This document shows positions 1 through 18,316 of a stretch of DNA of 64,000 bases, one piece after another (position 1 is the stretch's first letter; each line of letters opens with the position of its first letter). Where the stretch lies: the NCBI GenBank assembly GCA_963816035.1, contig CAWFIU010000001.1, positions 1,954,742 through 2,018,741 of the forward strand. The letters are read 5' to 3'. This DNA comes from an uncultured beta proteobacterium (GTDB taxonomy: Bacteria > Pseudomonadota > Gammaproteobacteria > Burkholderiales > Usitatibacteraceae). Below the pieces are notes generated by a model. That model saw nothing but the letters and a program-made list of their open reading frames with translations. It made no database searches and was not told the origin of the DNA. The position numbers and the translations under genes are program-made.

Positions 1-108
1 GGAATGTTCCACCCCGCCCCGAAGCCGGGCGGCGACGGGGGCATGATATCCTCGTTTCCGCATAACGAATCTAACCGGTAAATCGCTGACAGGGTTCCCC
101 TTTTTCCC

Positions 109-1056
109 ATGCTCATCGACGCGCGCAGCCGCATCTCCGCCGGCCCCACGGAGGCGGTCCTCGCCCGGCGCCGGGCAGGTCATCCTGGGCAAGGAGCACC
201 AGATCCGGCTCGCCATGGCCTGCATCCTCGCGCGCGGGCACCTGCTGATCGAGGACGTGCCGGGCGTGGGAAAGACCACCCTCTCTCATGCGCTCGCGCG
301 CCTTCTGGGTCTCGATTACCAGCGCATCCAGTTCACGTCGGACCTGCTGCCCGCGGACATCATCGGCGTCTCCATCTTCGACCGCGAGACCTCGACCTTC
401 CGCTTCCATCCCGGGCCGATCTTCGCGCAGATCATCCTCGCCGACGAGATCAACCGCGCGAGCCCGAAGGCGCAGAGCGCGCTGCTCGAGGCGATGGAGG
501 AGCACCAGGTCACGGCGGAAGGCGAGACGCGGCCGCTGCCGGAGCCGTTCTTCGTGATCGCCACGCAGAACCCGCTGCACCAGGTGGGCACGTTCCCGCT
601 GCCCGAGTCGCAGCTCGACCGCTTCCTCATGCGGATCAGCCTGGGCTATCCCGACGCGAAGGCCGAGCGCGAGCTGCTGCGCGGCGCGGAGCGGCGCGAG
701 ATCATCTCGCACCTGCAGCCCGCGATGACGGCCGACGCAGCTCAAGGAGCTGCAGGAGGCGGTGCCGCACGATGCAGGTGTCCGATGCGCTGCTCGACTA
801 CGTGCAGGCGCTCATCACCCATACGCGCCACTCGCCGCGCTTCACGCAAGGGACTGTCGCCGCGCGCGGGCCTCGCGATCCTGCGCGCCGCGCAGGCCGT
901 GGGCGATGATGGAAGGCCGCCGCCAGGTGCTTCCCGAGGACGTGCAGGCGATCCTTCCGGCGGTGGTCGGGCCACCGCCTGCACGGCAGCGCCGAGGCGG
1001 TGAAGGGCGGCTTCGACCCGCCGCGGGAGCTGATCGCGGGCGTTCCGATTCCCTGA
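109..1056 (+). CDS. moxR: MoxR-family AAA+ ATPase (split by apparent sequencing indels)
   Basis: GHLLIEDVPGVGKT (Walker A), RIQFTSDLLPADIIG, ILADEINRASPKAQSALLEAMEE and FFVIATQNP..GTFPLPESQLDRF in ORF 215..1003; both termini lie in other frames. Confidence 0.9.
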
Positions 1057-1059
1057 GGC

Positions 1060-2048
1060 CCGCCGCCGCACGCGGGCCCGCGCCGCTCTGTTCGCCGAAC
1101 CTGAGGCAGTCGGTCGCCGACTGGATCTTCCGGCGCGAACGTACCGGAGGCTCCGCCGGTCACGCTCGTGCAGCGGCGCATCTTCATCCTGCCCACGCGC
1201 CAGGGCTACGGCTTCGCGCTTCACTGGTGCTGCTGCTCCTGCTCGCCTCGATCAACTACAACTCTCGCTCGGCTTCGTCCTCACGTTCCTGCTGGCGAGC
1301 ATGGCCGGCGGTGGCGATGCTGCACACCTGGCGCAATCTCGCGCACCTGCGGCTGCGGCCCGGGCGCTGCGATCCCGGTCTTCGCGGGGGAGACCGCTCC
1401 TTCGGCGTGACCATCGAGACGCCCTCGCTCACGCGCTTCTCGATCGCGCTGCGCCGCCGCGACGAGGACGCCCGTCTACGCGGACATCGTGCGTGGGCGA
1501 GCCCGTCGGCCTCGCGCTGCCGATGCGCACGCGCGGCGCGGGATCGCCTGCGCTGCGGCCGGCTGGAGGTCTTCACGCGCTATCCGCTGGGCCTCTTCCA
1601 CGCCTGGTCGTACGTCGACTTCGACCTAGGCGCTGGTCTATCCGCGGCCGGACCCGTCTGCCGGCCCGCCGCCCAGCGCTCGCGAGCAGCGACAGCGAGG
1701 AAGGCATTCCCGTGCCCGGGGAAGAGGAATTCAACATGCTGCGCGCCTATCGCCCCGGGGACGCGCCGCAAGCTCATCGCGTGGAAGGCGCTCGCGCGCG
1801 AGCGGGGCATGCTCACGAAGGAGTTCAGCGCGAGCGCCTCGAGCGAGCTCTGGCTCGACTGGAAGGATGCGCCGCGCGCCCGACGCGGAATCGCGCCTGT
1901 CGTCCTCGCCCACTGGGTGCTGCAGGCGGAGGAGTTCGGCCAGGGATACGGCCTGCGCCTGCCGGGACGCGCGATCGCGCCCGATCGCGGAGAAGCGCAT
2001 CGCGCCCGCTGCCTGGAGGCGCTCGCGCTCTTCGAAGGCGCCGCATGA
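1060..2048 (+). CDS. DUF58-domain protein, MoxR partner (frameshifted, start approximate)
   Basis: Fragments RRIFILPTRQG, TRYPLGLFHAWS, EFNMLRAYRPGD..IAWKALAR and CLEALALF; sits in the moxR-DUF58-tgpA triad. Confidence 0.8.
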
Positions 2049-4026
2049 GAGCCCCGCCCTACTCGCCCCACCTCGACGTTCGCAACGTCACGTGGCTCCT
2101 CGCGGCCATGCTCTTCGTGGTCGCCCCGCACCTCTCGCGCCTGCCCTACTGGGTGGGCTTCTTCATCGTCGTGGTGCGGCGTGGCGCGCCTGGATCTCGT
2201 GGGCGGCGATCCGCTTCCCGTCGCGCGGCCTCGTGGTCGCGCGGTCACCATCGCGCGCGAGCGTGGGCACGTACCTGCAGTATGGCCACATCACCGGGCG
2301 CGAGGCGGGCGTGACGCTGCTCATCGTGATGGGCGCCCTCAAGCTCCTCGAGATGCGCACGCAGCGCGAGGTGGCGTCGAGCATCTACCTCGGGCTTCTT
2401 CCTCGTGCTCACGAACTTCCTCTTCTCGCAGACGATTCCGCTGGGCGTGTACATGCTGGCGTGCGTGTGGATCTTCATCGGCACGCTCGTGGGCTTCAAC
2501 CGCGTGGGGCGCTCGCCCACGGTGATGGAGCGGCTGCGCCCGGCGGGAGCGCTGCTGGTACAGGCGCTGCCGCTCATGGTGGCATTCTTCATCCTCTTTC
2601 CGCGCGTGCACGGGCCGCTCTGGGCGCTGCCCCAGGACGCGCGCGCCGCTCCACGGGGCTCTCGGAGACGATGACGCCCGGGCAACATCGCGAACCTCAT
2701 CCAGTCCGATGCCGTCGCCTTCCGCGTGCATTTCCTGGGCGAGCGCCCGCCCGTACCTGCTGCTCTACTGGCGCGGGCCGGTGCTCACGGAGTTCGACGG
2801 CGTCGCACGTGGCGCATGGCGCCCGTGAGCCCGAGCGGCGCGCTGCACTACTCCACCGCCCGCAACGCCACCCGCTACGTCGTCATGATCGAGCCGAACA
2901 ACAAGAACTGGCTCTTCGCGCTCGACGTTCCGGCCGCGGTGCCGCCCGACGCCTATTCGCTCGTCGACCTGCAGCTGCGCTCGCGCCGGCCCGTCGACCA
3001 GCGCCTGCGCTACGAGATGACCTCGTGGCTCGACTACCATTACGGAGAGGACGCCGGCCCGCTGTCGCTGCAAGGCGCCGCTCGGGTTCGACGAGACGCG
3101 CAACCCGCGCACCGTCGCGCTGGGCCGCGCAGTGGGCGCGCGAGAGATCCCGACCCGCGCGCGATCCTCGACCGGGCCGATCCAGCTCTACAACCGCGAG
3201 TTCACCTACACGCTCGATCCGCCGCTGCTCGATCCGCGCGATCCCTACGACGACTTCCTCTTCCACTCGAAGCGGGATTCTGCGAGCACTATGCGGGAAG
3301 CTTCGCGCTGCTCATGCGCGCCGCCGGGCATTCCCGCGCGCGTGGTGACCGGCTACCAGGGCGGCGAGGTGAACCCGTTCAACAACGAGCTCATCGTGCG
3401 CCAGGCCGACGCCCACGCGTGGACCGAGATCTGGATCCGCGGCGAGGGCTGGGTGCGCGTCGACCCGACGGCCGCGGTTTCGCCGCTGCGCGTGGAAGGC
3501 GGTGTGAACGCGGCCCTCGGGCCCATCGGCATGATTCCCTCGCTGATCGCGGCCGATCCGCTTCGGGCTGCTCGCCGACGTGAGCTACGGCTGGCAGGCG
3601 CTCAACAGCCAGTGGGACCAGTGGGTCGTGGGATACAACATCGATCGCCAGCGGCAGTTCTTCTCCGATCTCGGGCTTCCCGCGCGTCGACTGGCGCACC
3701 CTGGGTTTCTGGCTCATGGTCGCGATCTTCCTGGTGGGCGGGGCGGTCACCGCGGGACTGCTGGTGCGGGACCGGCCGCGCCGGCGCGAAGCCTCGCTTG
3801 CGGCGTGGGACCGCTATTGCCGCAAGCTCGCCGCCGCGGGGCTGGCGCGCGCGCCGACGAAGGGCCGCTGGATTACCTGGAGCGCGTGAAAGCCACGAAG
3901 CCCGGATGCGCCGCGGCCGCCGAGGAGATCACGCGACGCTACGTGCCGCGCGCTACGGGGACGGGGCCACCCGCGAGGAGACTGCGCGAGCTCGCGAGCC
4001 GCGTGCGGGATTTCCGGCCCGCCTGA
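2045..4026 (+). CDS. tgpA: DUF3488/transglutaminase-domain membrane protein (TgpA-like, frameshifted)
   Basis: Hydrophobic N-terminus; GFCEHYA (Cys), PARVVTGYQGGE and AHAWTEIW..GWVRVDPT give the Cys-His-Asp triad. Confidence 0.85.
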
Positions 4027-4066
4027 GCCGCTACAATCGCGCCTCCCCCACATCCCGGAAGCGGCC

Positions 4067-5515
4067 TTGCAAGCCCGATCCGACGCAACGACCCATGCCC
4101 CTGCGGCAGCGGCAAGCGCTACAAGGAGTGCCACGGCCGCTCGGCCGCGGGGCCCGCACCGCGATCGATTCGGTGCTGCGCGAGCGCTCGCCGTGCACCA
4201 GCGGGGGCGCGTCGAGGACGCCGAGCGCGCCTATCGCGCGGTGCTCGAGCGCGCGCCCGGCAACGCCATCGCCACCCATTACCTCGGGCTTTCGGCCTGG
4301 CAGCGACGGCGACCTCGCGCTGGCGGAGCGCCTGATGCGCGAGTCGATCGACGGCCGATCCGTCGGTTCCCGATTTCCACAACAACCTCGGGCTGCTGTT
4401 GCGCGACACCGGCCGCGTGGACGACGGCGATCGCGTGCTTCCGGCGCGCGCCCTGCAAGCGGATCCGTCGTGGTTCGAGGCGTACAACAACCTCGGCCTC
4501 GCGCTCGAGGCGGCGCGGCCGGTGGAGCGAGGCGATCGACGCGTACCGCGAGCGCCATCGCGGCGCAGCCGGGCGTTCGCCGCCGCGCACCAGAACCTCG
4601 GGCGCGCGCTCGTGCCGCGGGCGAGTACGCGGCAGGCTGGGAGCAGTACCGCTGGCGCCTCCTCGCGCAGGGGCTCGCGCGCACCGCCCCCGATGCGGCG
4701 CGCGCGGCCGCTGCCCGGCACGCTCGAGGGCAAGCCGCTTCGTGCTCGTCGCCGAGCAGGGCCTGGGCGACGTGCTGTTCTTCCTGCGCTTCGCCGCCGG
4801 AGCTCGCGCGGCGCGGCGCGCGGCTCGCGTTCCGCGGCGACGCACGGCTGCACGGCATGCTGCGCGCACGGGATTCTTCGAGCTGGGCGCTGGCCGCGGA
4901 CGCGAGCCGGCGCCCGGGCTCGATCCGTGCCGTGGGCGACCTGCCGTGGCTCCTCGAGACGAACGATCCCGCGCGGTTTCCCGGCGGCGTTGCCGCTCGC
5001 ACCGCTGCCCGAGCGCCTGCGAGGGGCGCGCGCGTCGCTCGAGGCGCACGGACCGCGGCCCTGGGTCGCGCTCACGTGGCGCGGCGGCGTCGCTTCCGCC
5101 GGCCCCGCGAGCACGCAGGTGAAGGAGATCGACCTCGCGCTCCTCGGAGGTGCGCTGCGCGGCATCGCGGCGACGTGGATCGGCGTGCAGCGGCTGCCGC
5201 GCGACGGGCGAGTACGAGCGCATCGCGCGCGCGATCGGCGCGCCCGTGCACGACTTCAGCGCGGCGAACGACGACCTCGAGCGAGATGCTGGCGCTGCCT
5301 CGCTGCTCGACGACTACGTGACGTGAGCAACGCGAACGTGCACCTTCGCGCCGGCGTGGGCGGCGCCGATGCACGTGCTGGTGCCCCATCCGCCCGAATG
5401 GCGCTGGGGCGCTGGCGGGGAGCGCTCGCCGTGGTTCGCGACACGCGCGCGTCTTCGCCAGGCGGCCGGCGGCGACTGGAGCGGCGCGCGCTCGGGCACT
5501 GCGCGCCGCCTCTAG
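4067..5515 (+). CDS. SEC-C motif + TPR repeats + glycosyltransferase-like domain protein (frameshifted)
   Basis: [18 protein letters not shown] at about 4084-4137; TPR segments ([21 protein letters not shown]); [14 protein letters not shown] and VALTWRGG as in TPR-glycosyltransferase proteins. Confidence 0.7.
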
Positions 5516-6534
5516 CGCGCGCTACATCGCCGGTAGGAGCTTCGGCGGGATCGACGGGCTTGCCCTGCCGGCGGATCTCGAAGTGCAGCTTCACCTGGTC
5601 CGCGTCGCGTCGAGCCCATCTCGGCGATCTTCTGGCCCTTGCGCACTTCCTGCTGCTCCTTCACGAGGATGTTGTCGTTGTGCGCGTACGCCGAGAGCCA
5701 CGTGTCGTTGTGGCGGATGATCACGAGCTTGCCGTAGCCGCGCAGGCCCGCGTCCGCGTAGATCACGCGGCCGCTCGCGGCGGCCAGCACGGGCGTGCCC
5801 TTCTTGCCCGCGATGTCCATGCCCTTGCTCGCTTCGCTGAAGGGCGCCAGGACCTTGCCCTTCACCGGCCACATCCAGTCGATGTCTTCCTTGTCCGTGC
5901 CCCGCTTTCGGCGGCGCCCCGGGCGGGGGCGCGGGCTGGCGGGCGCGGGCCGAACGCGGCGGCGCGGTCACCGCGGAGGCGCGGCCGCGGGTGTGCGGCG
6001 CGGCCACGGGCGTCCCGGGCACCGGCGCAGCACCCGGCATCCGGCGCGGAGAACTGCGCGAGGGCCTTGTCCGAATAGGGCACCTTCTCGCCGCGCGGCT
6101 CGACCTTGAGCCTGTCGTGTTGACGAGCGGGTGGCCTCGATCGGCGGGCCGGCCTGCGCGAGCGGCGTCGTGACGGGCGCGGGCGAAGGCGTCGTAGCGG
6201 CGCATTCGCCCCGGCGGGCGCGGCGAGCACCAGCACCTGCCCCACGCTGATGCGTGGCCGGATTGGTGATGCCGTTCCACGCGGCGAGCTCGCGATAGTC
6301 GAGCCCGTATTGCAGCGCGATGCTGACCAGGGTCTCGCCGCGCTTCGACCGTGTGCGTGGGGACCGGCTTTTCGGGCGGCGCCGGGCGGCGCGCTCGCCG
6401 GCGCGGCAGCCGCCGGGGCTTCCGAGGCGACCGGCGCCGGGCTGCGTGCGCTCGGAGACCGGCGCGGGGCGCGGCGCCGCGCACGCGGCGAGCACGAGGA
6501 CGCGCACGCGCGATAGCGATCGCTGCGGCGTCAT
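5512..6534 (-). CDS. nlpD: LysM/M23 lipoprotein NlpD (frameshifted)
   Basis: Lipobox-like LAAC; Lys[23 protein letters not shown]; M23-like [28 protein letters not shown]; follows surE-pcm. Confidence 0.88.
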
Positions 6535-7188
6535 GCCGAGTCCCGGCAGCAGCGGAACGAACCGCACCGCGGCGCGCTTCTGCTCGACGAAGCCGCTCTC
6601 CTTGCGATCGACCACGTAGAGCCATTGGTCCTCCGTTCCCACGGGCAGCACCATGCGGCCCCCGACGGCGAGCTGTTGCTTCAACGCCTCGGGCACGTGG
6701 GTGGCCGACGCCGCCATCAGGATGCCGTCGTAGGGCGCGCCTTCGGGATAGCCCGGCGTGGCCGTCCACGTGCTTGTAGCGCACGTTGTAGAAGCGCAGG
6801 TCGCGCAGGTGCCGGCGCGCCTTGTCCATGAGGCGGGGCGATGCGCTCGAGCGTGTAGACCTCTTTCACGAGCCGCGCGAGCACCGCGGTCTGGTAGCCG
6901 CAGCCCGTGCCGATCTCCAGCACCTTGCCCATCGGCTGCTTCTCGAGCAGCAGCTGCGGTCATGAGCGCGACGATGGCGGGGCTGGAGATCGTCTGCCCG
7001 TGGCCGATCGGAAGCGCCACGTCCTCGTAGGCGCGCGAGGCGATGCCCTCGTCGACGAAGAGGTGGCGCGGGATCTCCGCCATCGCGGCGAGCACGCGCT
7101 CGTCCGCGATGCCCTCCCTGCGCAGCGCCTCGATCATGCGCAGGCGCGTGCGCTCCGACGTCATGCCGATGCCGTCGCGGGCGCTCAT
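6531..7188 (-). CDS. pcm: protein-L-isoaspartate O-methyltransferase (frameshifted)
   Basis: [55 protein letters not shown]. Confidence 0.92.
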
Positions 7189-7930
7189 CGCGCAAGCCAG
7201 CCCGAGACGAGCGGAATCTGGCTGCGCGTGCGTGAGGTCCACCTGCAGCGGCGTGATGGACACGGCGCCACGCTCCAGGGCGTTGAAATCGGTGCCGGGC
7301 CCGGCCTCGCGCGCGGCGCCCGCCGCGCCCACCCAGTAGACCGTCTCGCCGCGGGGGTTGGTGCCCTGCACCACCGGCTGCGCCTTGTGGCGGCGTCCGA
7401 GGCGCGTCACCTCGACGCCGCGCGATCTCGTCGTACGGCACGTCGGGCACGTTCACGTTGAGCAGCACGGGCGCGCCGAAGGGTGCGCGCGAGAAGCGCT
7501 CCACGAGGTCGTGCGCCACGCGCGCCGCGGTCGCGTAGTGCCGGAACTCCTTGCCCACGAGCGAGACGGCGATCGACGGGATGCCGAGCAGATAGCCCTC
7601 GGTGGCCGCCGCGACGGTGCCCGAGTAGAGCGTGTCGTCGCCCATGTTGGAGCCGGAATTGATGCCCGAGACGATCATGTCGGGCTCGAAGTCGAGCAGC
7701 CCCGTGACCGCCATGTGCACGCAGTCGGTCGGCGTGCCGTTCACGTAATGGAAGCCGTTGGGGGCGCGGCTGAGCATCAGCGGCCGGTCGAGCGTGAGCG
7801 AGTTGGACGCGCCGCTGCGGTCGCGCTCCGGCGCCACGACCGTGATCTCGCCCAGCGACCCGAGGCCCTCGGCGAGGGCGGCGAGTCCGGGCGCGAAATA
7901 GCCGTCGTCGTTCGAGAGGAGGATTCGCAT
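7185..7930 (-). CDS. surE: 5'/3'-nucleotidase SurE
   Basis: [64 protein letters not shown]; one indel near 7430. Confidence 0.95.
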
Positions 7931-7970
7931 GCGGGGGAAAATTATACCGTGGCGCCCCGCCGCACCCCCC

Positions 7971-10867
<2,897 letters not shown>

Positions 10868-10884
10868 GGTGGGCTCCGGGAGGT

Positions 10885-11265
10885 TCAGGCGGACGCGGCC
10901 TTCTCGTACGCGGCGGCATCGAGCAGGCGATCGACGTCCGCGGGGTTGTCGGGCTTCAGCCGGTACATCCAGGCGGCGAACGCGTCGGCGTTCACGGCCT
11001 CGGGCGCGGTGGCGAGCGCATCGTTCGCGCCGACGACCTCTCCCGATACGGGCGCGTAGATGTCGGAGGCGGCCTTCACCGATTCGACGACGCCCACCGC
11101 CTCGCCCGCCTTCACCTTGCGCCCCACCTTCGGCGCCTCGACGAAGACGATGTCGCCCAGCTGCTCCTGCGCGTGGTCGGTGATGCCCACGCTCACGGTG
11201 CCGTCGGGCTCGCGGCGGGCCCACTCGTGGGACTCGGTGTAGCGCAGCTCCTGCGGAAGTTTCAT
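10885..11265 (-). CDS. gcvH: glycine cleavage H protein
   Basis: [45 protein letters not shown] (lipoyl-Lys motif). Confidence 0.97.
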   Translation of the reverse strand: MKLPQELRYTESHEWARREPDGTVSVGITDHAQEQLGDIVFVEAPKVGRKVKAGEAVGVVESVKAASDIYAPVSGEVVGANDALATAPEAVNADAFAAWMYRLKPDNPADVDRLLDAAAYEKAASA

Positions 11266-12359
11266 GGGGCTTCCCCGGGGTTGACGAGAGGTTGTCCGTG
11301 GCGCACGAAGACCGGCTTCACCACGCGCGCCGCGAGCGATTTGTCGCGCACCTGCACGTGCACGGTGTCGCCGGGCGCGGCGCCGCGCGGCAGGCGTGCC
11401 AGCGCGATGGAGCGCGCGAGCGTGGGCGAGAAGGTGCCGCTCGTCACCTCGCCGCTCGCGCCGTTGATCGAGACCTTCTGATGGCTGCGCAGCACGCCGC
11501 CCGGCTCGAGCAACAGCAGCCCGAGGAACTCGTGGTTCTGCCCATGCGCGACGAGCGCCCGCTTGCCCACGAAATCGCGCTCGCCCGTGAGGTCCACGGT
11601 CCATGCGAGCCCGGCGTCGAGCGGCGAGACGCGCTCGTCCATGTCCTGGCCGTAGAGGTTCATGCCCGCTTCCAGGCGCAGCGTGTCGCGCGCGCCGAGG
11701 CCGCAGGGGCGTGCGCCGGCCGCCACGAGCGCCTGCCACGCGGATGCCGCCTGCGTCGCGGGAAGAACGATCTCGAATCCGTCCTCGCCGGTGTAGCCGG
11801 TGCGCGCCACCATGAAGTCGCCGGCGAACGCGGCGGTGAACGGCCGCAGCGGCTCGGTCGTCGCGCGCAAGGCGGGATAGGCCCGCCAGAAGCGCTCCCG
11901 CGCGCGCGGTCCCTGGATCGCGATCATGGCGAGGTCGCGGCGCGGCACGAGGCTCACGGGCGACTTCCAGGCGTCGCGCAACGCACCGAGCCATGCCAGG
12001 TCCTTCTCCGCGGTCCCCGCGTTCACGACCGCGCGAAAGAAATTGTCGTGGAAGAAATACACGATGAGGTCGTCGATCACGCCGCCGTCCTCGGCGAGCA
12101 TGCACGAGTAGAGGGCCCTGCCGGGCTCCCTCAGCTTGTCGACGTTGTTGGCGAGCGCGCGGCGCAGGAAAGCCCGCGCGCCCGCGCCTTCGAAGTCCAT
12201 CACCTGCATGTGCGAGACGTCGAAGAGTCCCGCGTCGCGGCGCACGGCGTGGTGCTCCTCGATCTGCGAGCCGTAATGCACGGGCATTTCCCAGCCGCCG
12301 AAATCGACCATGCGGGCGCCCGAGGCGCGATGGATTGCGTTGAGCGGCGTCTTCTTCAC
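11262..12359 (-). CDS. gcvT: aminomethyltransferase (glycine cleavage T protein), GTG start
   Basis: [50 protein letters not shown]. Confidence 0.97.
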   Translation of the reverse strand: MKKTPLNAIHRASGARMVDFGGWEMPVHYGSQIEEHHAVRRDAGLFDVSHMQVMDFEGAGARAFLRRALANNVDKLREPGRALYSCMLAEDGGVIDDLIVYFFHDNFFRAVVNAGTAEKDLAWLGALRDAWKSPVSLVPRRDLAMIAIQGPRARERFWRAYPALRATTEPLRPFTAAFAGDFMVARTGYTGEDGFEIVLPATQAASAWQALVAAGARPCGLGARDTLRLEAGMNLYGQDMDERVSPLDAGLAWTVDLTGERDFVGKRALVAHGQNHEFLGLLLLEPGGVLRSHQKVSINGASGEVTSGTFSPTLARSIALARLPRGAAPGDTVHVQVRDKSLAARVVKPVFVRHGQPLVNPGEAP

Positions 12360-12411
12360 TGCGCCAGCCTCCGGAAAACGAAAGGGGCCAGGCCAGCCTC
12401 GCGGCTTCCTG

Positions 12412-12625
12412 ACCCCTCTGTCCTTGGTACCTGAGAGATTACGGCGCGGCGCCCTCGCCGCTCCGCTCGCCCCTTCGGTGGACGCCCGGGTTCCCGAGGG
12501 AAGCCCGATCGCCGCTCTCCAGAGTCCGGCGCCTGCGGCACCGGCCCCGATCGGTCCTTTGGCCTGAGAGTTTGCGGGTGCTACCCCTTCGGCGGCGTCG
12601 CGCGGACGCGCTCTCCCGATCGGAT
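12412..12625 (-). ncRNA. tandem glycine riboswitch (two aptamers)
   Basis: Minus strand has two copies of GGAGAG...CCGAAGG...CTCTCAGG..AAGGAC, the second opening CTCTGGAGAG and closing GACAGAG; directly upstream of gcvT. Confidence 0.92.
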
Positions 12626-12689
12626 GGCGCGATTCTCGGGCATCCCCAGGAGCTTGTCCAGCGTGATGGGGAGATCGCGAATCGGAGAA

Positions 12690-12766
12690 TGGTCGGGGCG
12701 AGAAGATTCGAACTTCCGACCCCCTGCACCCCATGCAGGTGCGCTACCAGGCTGCGCTACGCCCCG
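12690..12766 (-). tRNA. tRNA-Pro(GGG)
   Basis: CGGGGCGTAGCGCAGCCTGGTAGCGCACCTGCATGGGGTGCAGGGGGTCGGAAGTTCGAATCTTCTCGCCCCGACCA: 77 nt, GGG anticodon, encoded CCA, usual position after ihfA-merR. Confidence 0.97.
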
Positions 12767-12793
12767 ACCGAACTGGAAATTATATCCGCAGAA

Positions 12794-12819
12794 TGGATTC
12801 CCGCCTACGCGGGAATGAC
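12794..12819. repeat. REP-like palindromic repeat (GTCATTCCCGCG.AGGCGGGAATCCA family)
   Basis: TGGATTCCCGCCTACGCGGGAATGAC; copy with one mismatch at 51346-51371. Confidence 0.8.
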
Positions 12820-12837
12820 GCGGGGATCGACGAAACG

Positions 12838-13215
12838 CTAGCGCTCGAGCATCTTGAGGATGCTCTTGAGCTCCTTGCGGATGTTGCCCGGCGAAATGGG
12901 CTGCGGAACGGTCATCGTCTTGGTGCCGCCCATCGAGGAATGGACCGGCTCCTCGAGGCGGTTGCGCGCGCCGTTGATGGTGAAGCCGTGCTCGTACAGC
13001 AGCTCGCGGATGCGGCGGATCAGCAGGACTTCGTGGTGCTGGTAGTAGCGGCGGTTGCCGCGGCGCTTCAGGGGCTTGAGCTGCGTGAACTCCTGCTCCC
13101 AGTAGCGCAGCACATGCGGCTTCACGCCGCAGAGTTCGCTTACTTCGCCGATCGTGAAGTAGCGCTTCGCGGGGATCGGCGGAAGGTCAGTCGTCGCCAG
13201 GTTCTCCGTGGCCAT
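12838..13215 (-). CDS. MerR-family transcriptional regulator
   Basis: [37 protein letters not shown]; conserved gene after ihfA. Confidence 0.93.
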   Translation of the reverse strand: MATENLATTDLPPIPAKRYFTIGEVSELCGVKPHVLRYWEQEFTQLKPLKRRGNRRYYQHHEVLLIRRIRELLYEHGFTINGARNRLEEPVHSSMGGTKTMTVPQPISPGNIRKELKSILKMLER

Positions 13216-13510
13216 TGAAGGACTTCTCCACCAGGCTCTTCAGCTTCTGGCTTGCATGGAAGGTGACCACGCGGCGCGCCGTGATGGGGATCTCCTCGCC
13301 GGTCTTGGGATTGCGTCCCGGGACGCTGCGGCTTCTTGCGAAGCTGGAAATTGCCGAAGCCCGAGAGCTTCACCATCTCGCCCCGCTCCAGGGCGATCCG
13401 GATCTCCTCGAAGAACGACTCGACCATGTCCTTGGCCTCGCGTTTGTTCAGGCCGACCTTCTCGAACATGAGGTCGGCCAGCTCGGCCTTGGTGAGGGTG
13501 ACTTTGTCTT

Positions 13511-13514
<4 letters not shown>
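13187..13514 (-). CDS. ihfA: integration host factor alpha (one indel near 13320)
   Basis: [28 protein letters not shown], then [26 protein letters not shown] in another frame. Confidence 0.93.
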
Positions 13515-16912
<3,398 letters not shown>

Positions 16913-16914
16913 GT

Positions 16915-16960
16915 CAAAAGAAAGAGGGGCTCTCGCGAGCCCCTCGTTTCCTTTTTTTCC
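16915..16960 (-). terminator. intrinsic terminator-like hairpin between rplT and pheS
   Basis: GAGGGGCTC-N4-GAGCCCCTC stem followed by TTTCTTTT on the minus strand; T-rich on the other side too. Confidence 0.65.
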
Positions 16961-16967
16961 GTCTCGT

Positions 16968-17328
16968 CTAGGCCCCGAGGCTCGCCTTGGCCTGCTCGAC
17001 GATCCTGCCGAACGCGGCCTTGTCGAACACCGCGAGGTCGGCGAGGACCTTGCGATCCATCTCGATGCCGGCCTTCTTGAGGCCCGGCCATGAACTGGCT
17101 GTAGCTCACGCCCGCCTCGCGGGCGCCGGCGTTGATGCGGGTGATCCAGAGCGCGCGGAACTCGCGCTTCTTGTTGCGGCGGTCGCGGTAGGCGTACTGC
17201 CCCGCCCTCATCACCGCTTCCTTGGCGATGCGGTAGACGTTCTTGCGGCGTCCCCGGTAGCCCTTGGCCTGGTCGAGGACCTTCTTGTGGCGCGCGCGCG
17301 CCGTGACTCCACGTTTTACGCGAGGCAT
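16968..17328 (-). CDS. rplT: 50S ribosomal protein L20 (indel near 17085)
   Basis: [46 protein letters not shown]. Confidence 0.97.
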
Positions 17329-17337
17329 GGCGGCTCC

Positions 17338-17535
17338 TTAGGCGTAGGGAAGCATCGCCTTCACGTGGCCCAGGTTGGTCTTGTCGACCCCGGTGCTGCC
17401 GCGAAGGTGGCGCTTGTTCTTGGTGGTGCGTTTGGTGAGGATGTGGCGCTTGCCCGCCTGGTAACGCTTGATCGAGCCGCTTGCGCGGACCCGGAAGCGC
17501 TTGGCGGCGCCACTCTTGGTCTTCATCTTGGGCAT
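17338..17535 (-). CDS. rpmI: 50S ribosomal protein L35
   Basis: [26 protein letters not shown], 65 aa. Confidence 0.98.
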   Translation of the reverse strand: MPKMKTKSGAAKRFRVRASGSIKRYQAGKRHILTKRTTKNKRHLRGSTGVDKTNLGHVKAMLPYA

Positions 17536-17714
17536 GGTTGCCCTCCTTCATTGGTGCAGCAGGTGGCGGAACCCTTCCGCGCTTCTCGACCTGAAGACAC
17601 CTTGTCACTTCCCGGGCTTTCGGCCCTGGACCTGATTCTTGCTTCGCGTCGTTGAGCGGCAGCTTGCTGTCCGCTCCAACGACCGCCCCGCCGCCTATCC
17701 TCCGCCCCGCTCTC

Positions 17715-18237
17715 TCAATGCTTCTTCTTCGGCCCCAGGATCATCACCATCTGGCGGCCTTCCAGCTTGGGCCACTGCTCGACCACGCCCACTTCCTTCA
17801 GGTCGGCCTCGACGCGCTTGAGGAGCTGCACTCCGAGCTCCTGGTGCGCCATTTCGCGGCCGCGGAAACGCAGCGTGACCTTCGTCTTGTCGCCCTCGGT
17901 GAGGAAGCGCGTGAGGTTGCGCACCTTGATCTTGTAATCGCCCTCGTCGGTGCCGGGCCGGAACTTCACCTCCTTCACCTGGATCTGCTTCTGCTTGAGC
18001 TTGGCCTCGTGGGCCTTCTTGCTCTCGCGGTACTTGAATTTGCCGTAGTCCATCAGACGGCAAACCGGCGGCTTGGCGGTGGGCGCGATCTCGACCAGGT
18101 CGATGTCGATTCTCCTCGGCCATGCGCATGGCCTCGTCGATCTTCACGATTCCGATGGGCTCGCCCTCGACTCCGATGAGGCGTATCTCCGGTGAGTTGA
18201 TCTCGCCGTTGATGCGTACTGCTTTGTCCTGAGCTAT
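17715..18237 (-). CDS. infC: translation initiation factor IF-3, probable non-canonical ATA start (indel near 18110)
   Basis: GAGGA SD then ATA GCT CAG GAC AAA..RINGEI; [31 protein letters not shown]. Confidence 0.95.
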
Positions 18238-18316
18238 GCGAAAATTCCTCTAAAAATTAATCACTTGGCGCCTGAACTTCATGTCATTTCGAGGGAGGTT
18301 CGGCGCCCCCGGGCAC

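Noticed and set aside
12690-12766. tRNA-Pro as integration site of a prophage or island
   Set aside because: No integrase or duplicated tRNA 3' end was seen; the gcv riboswitch follows directly.
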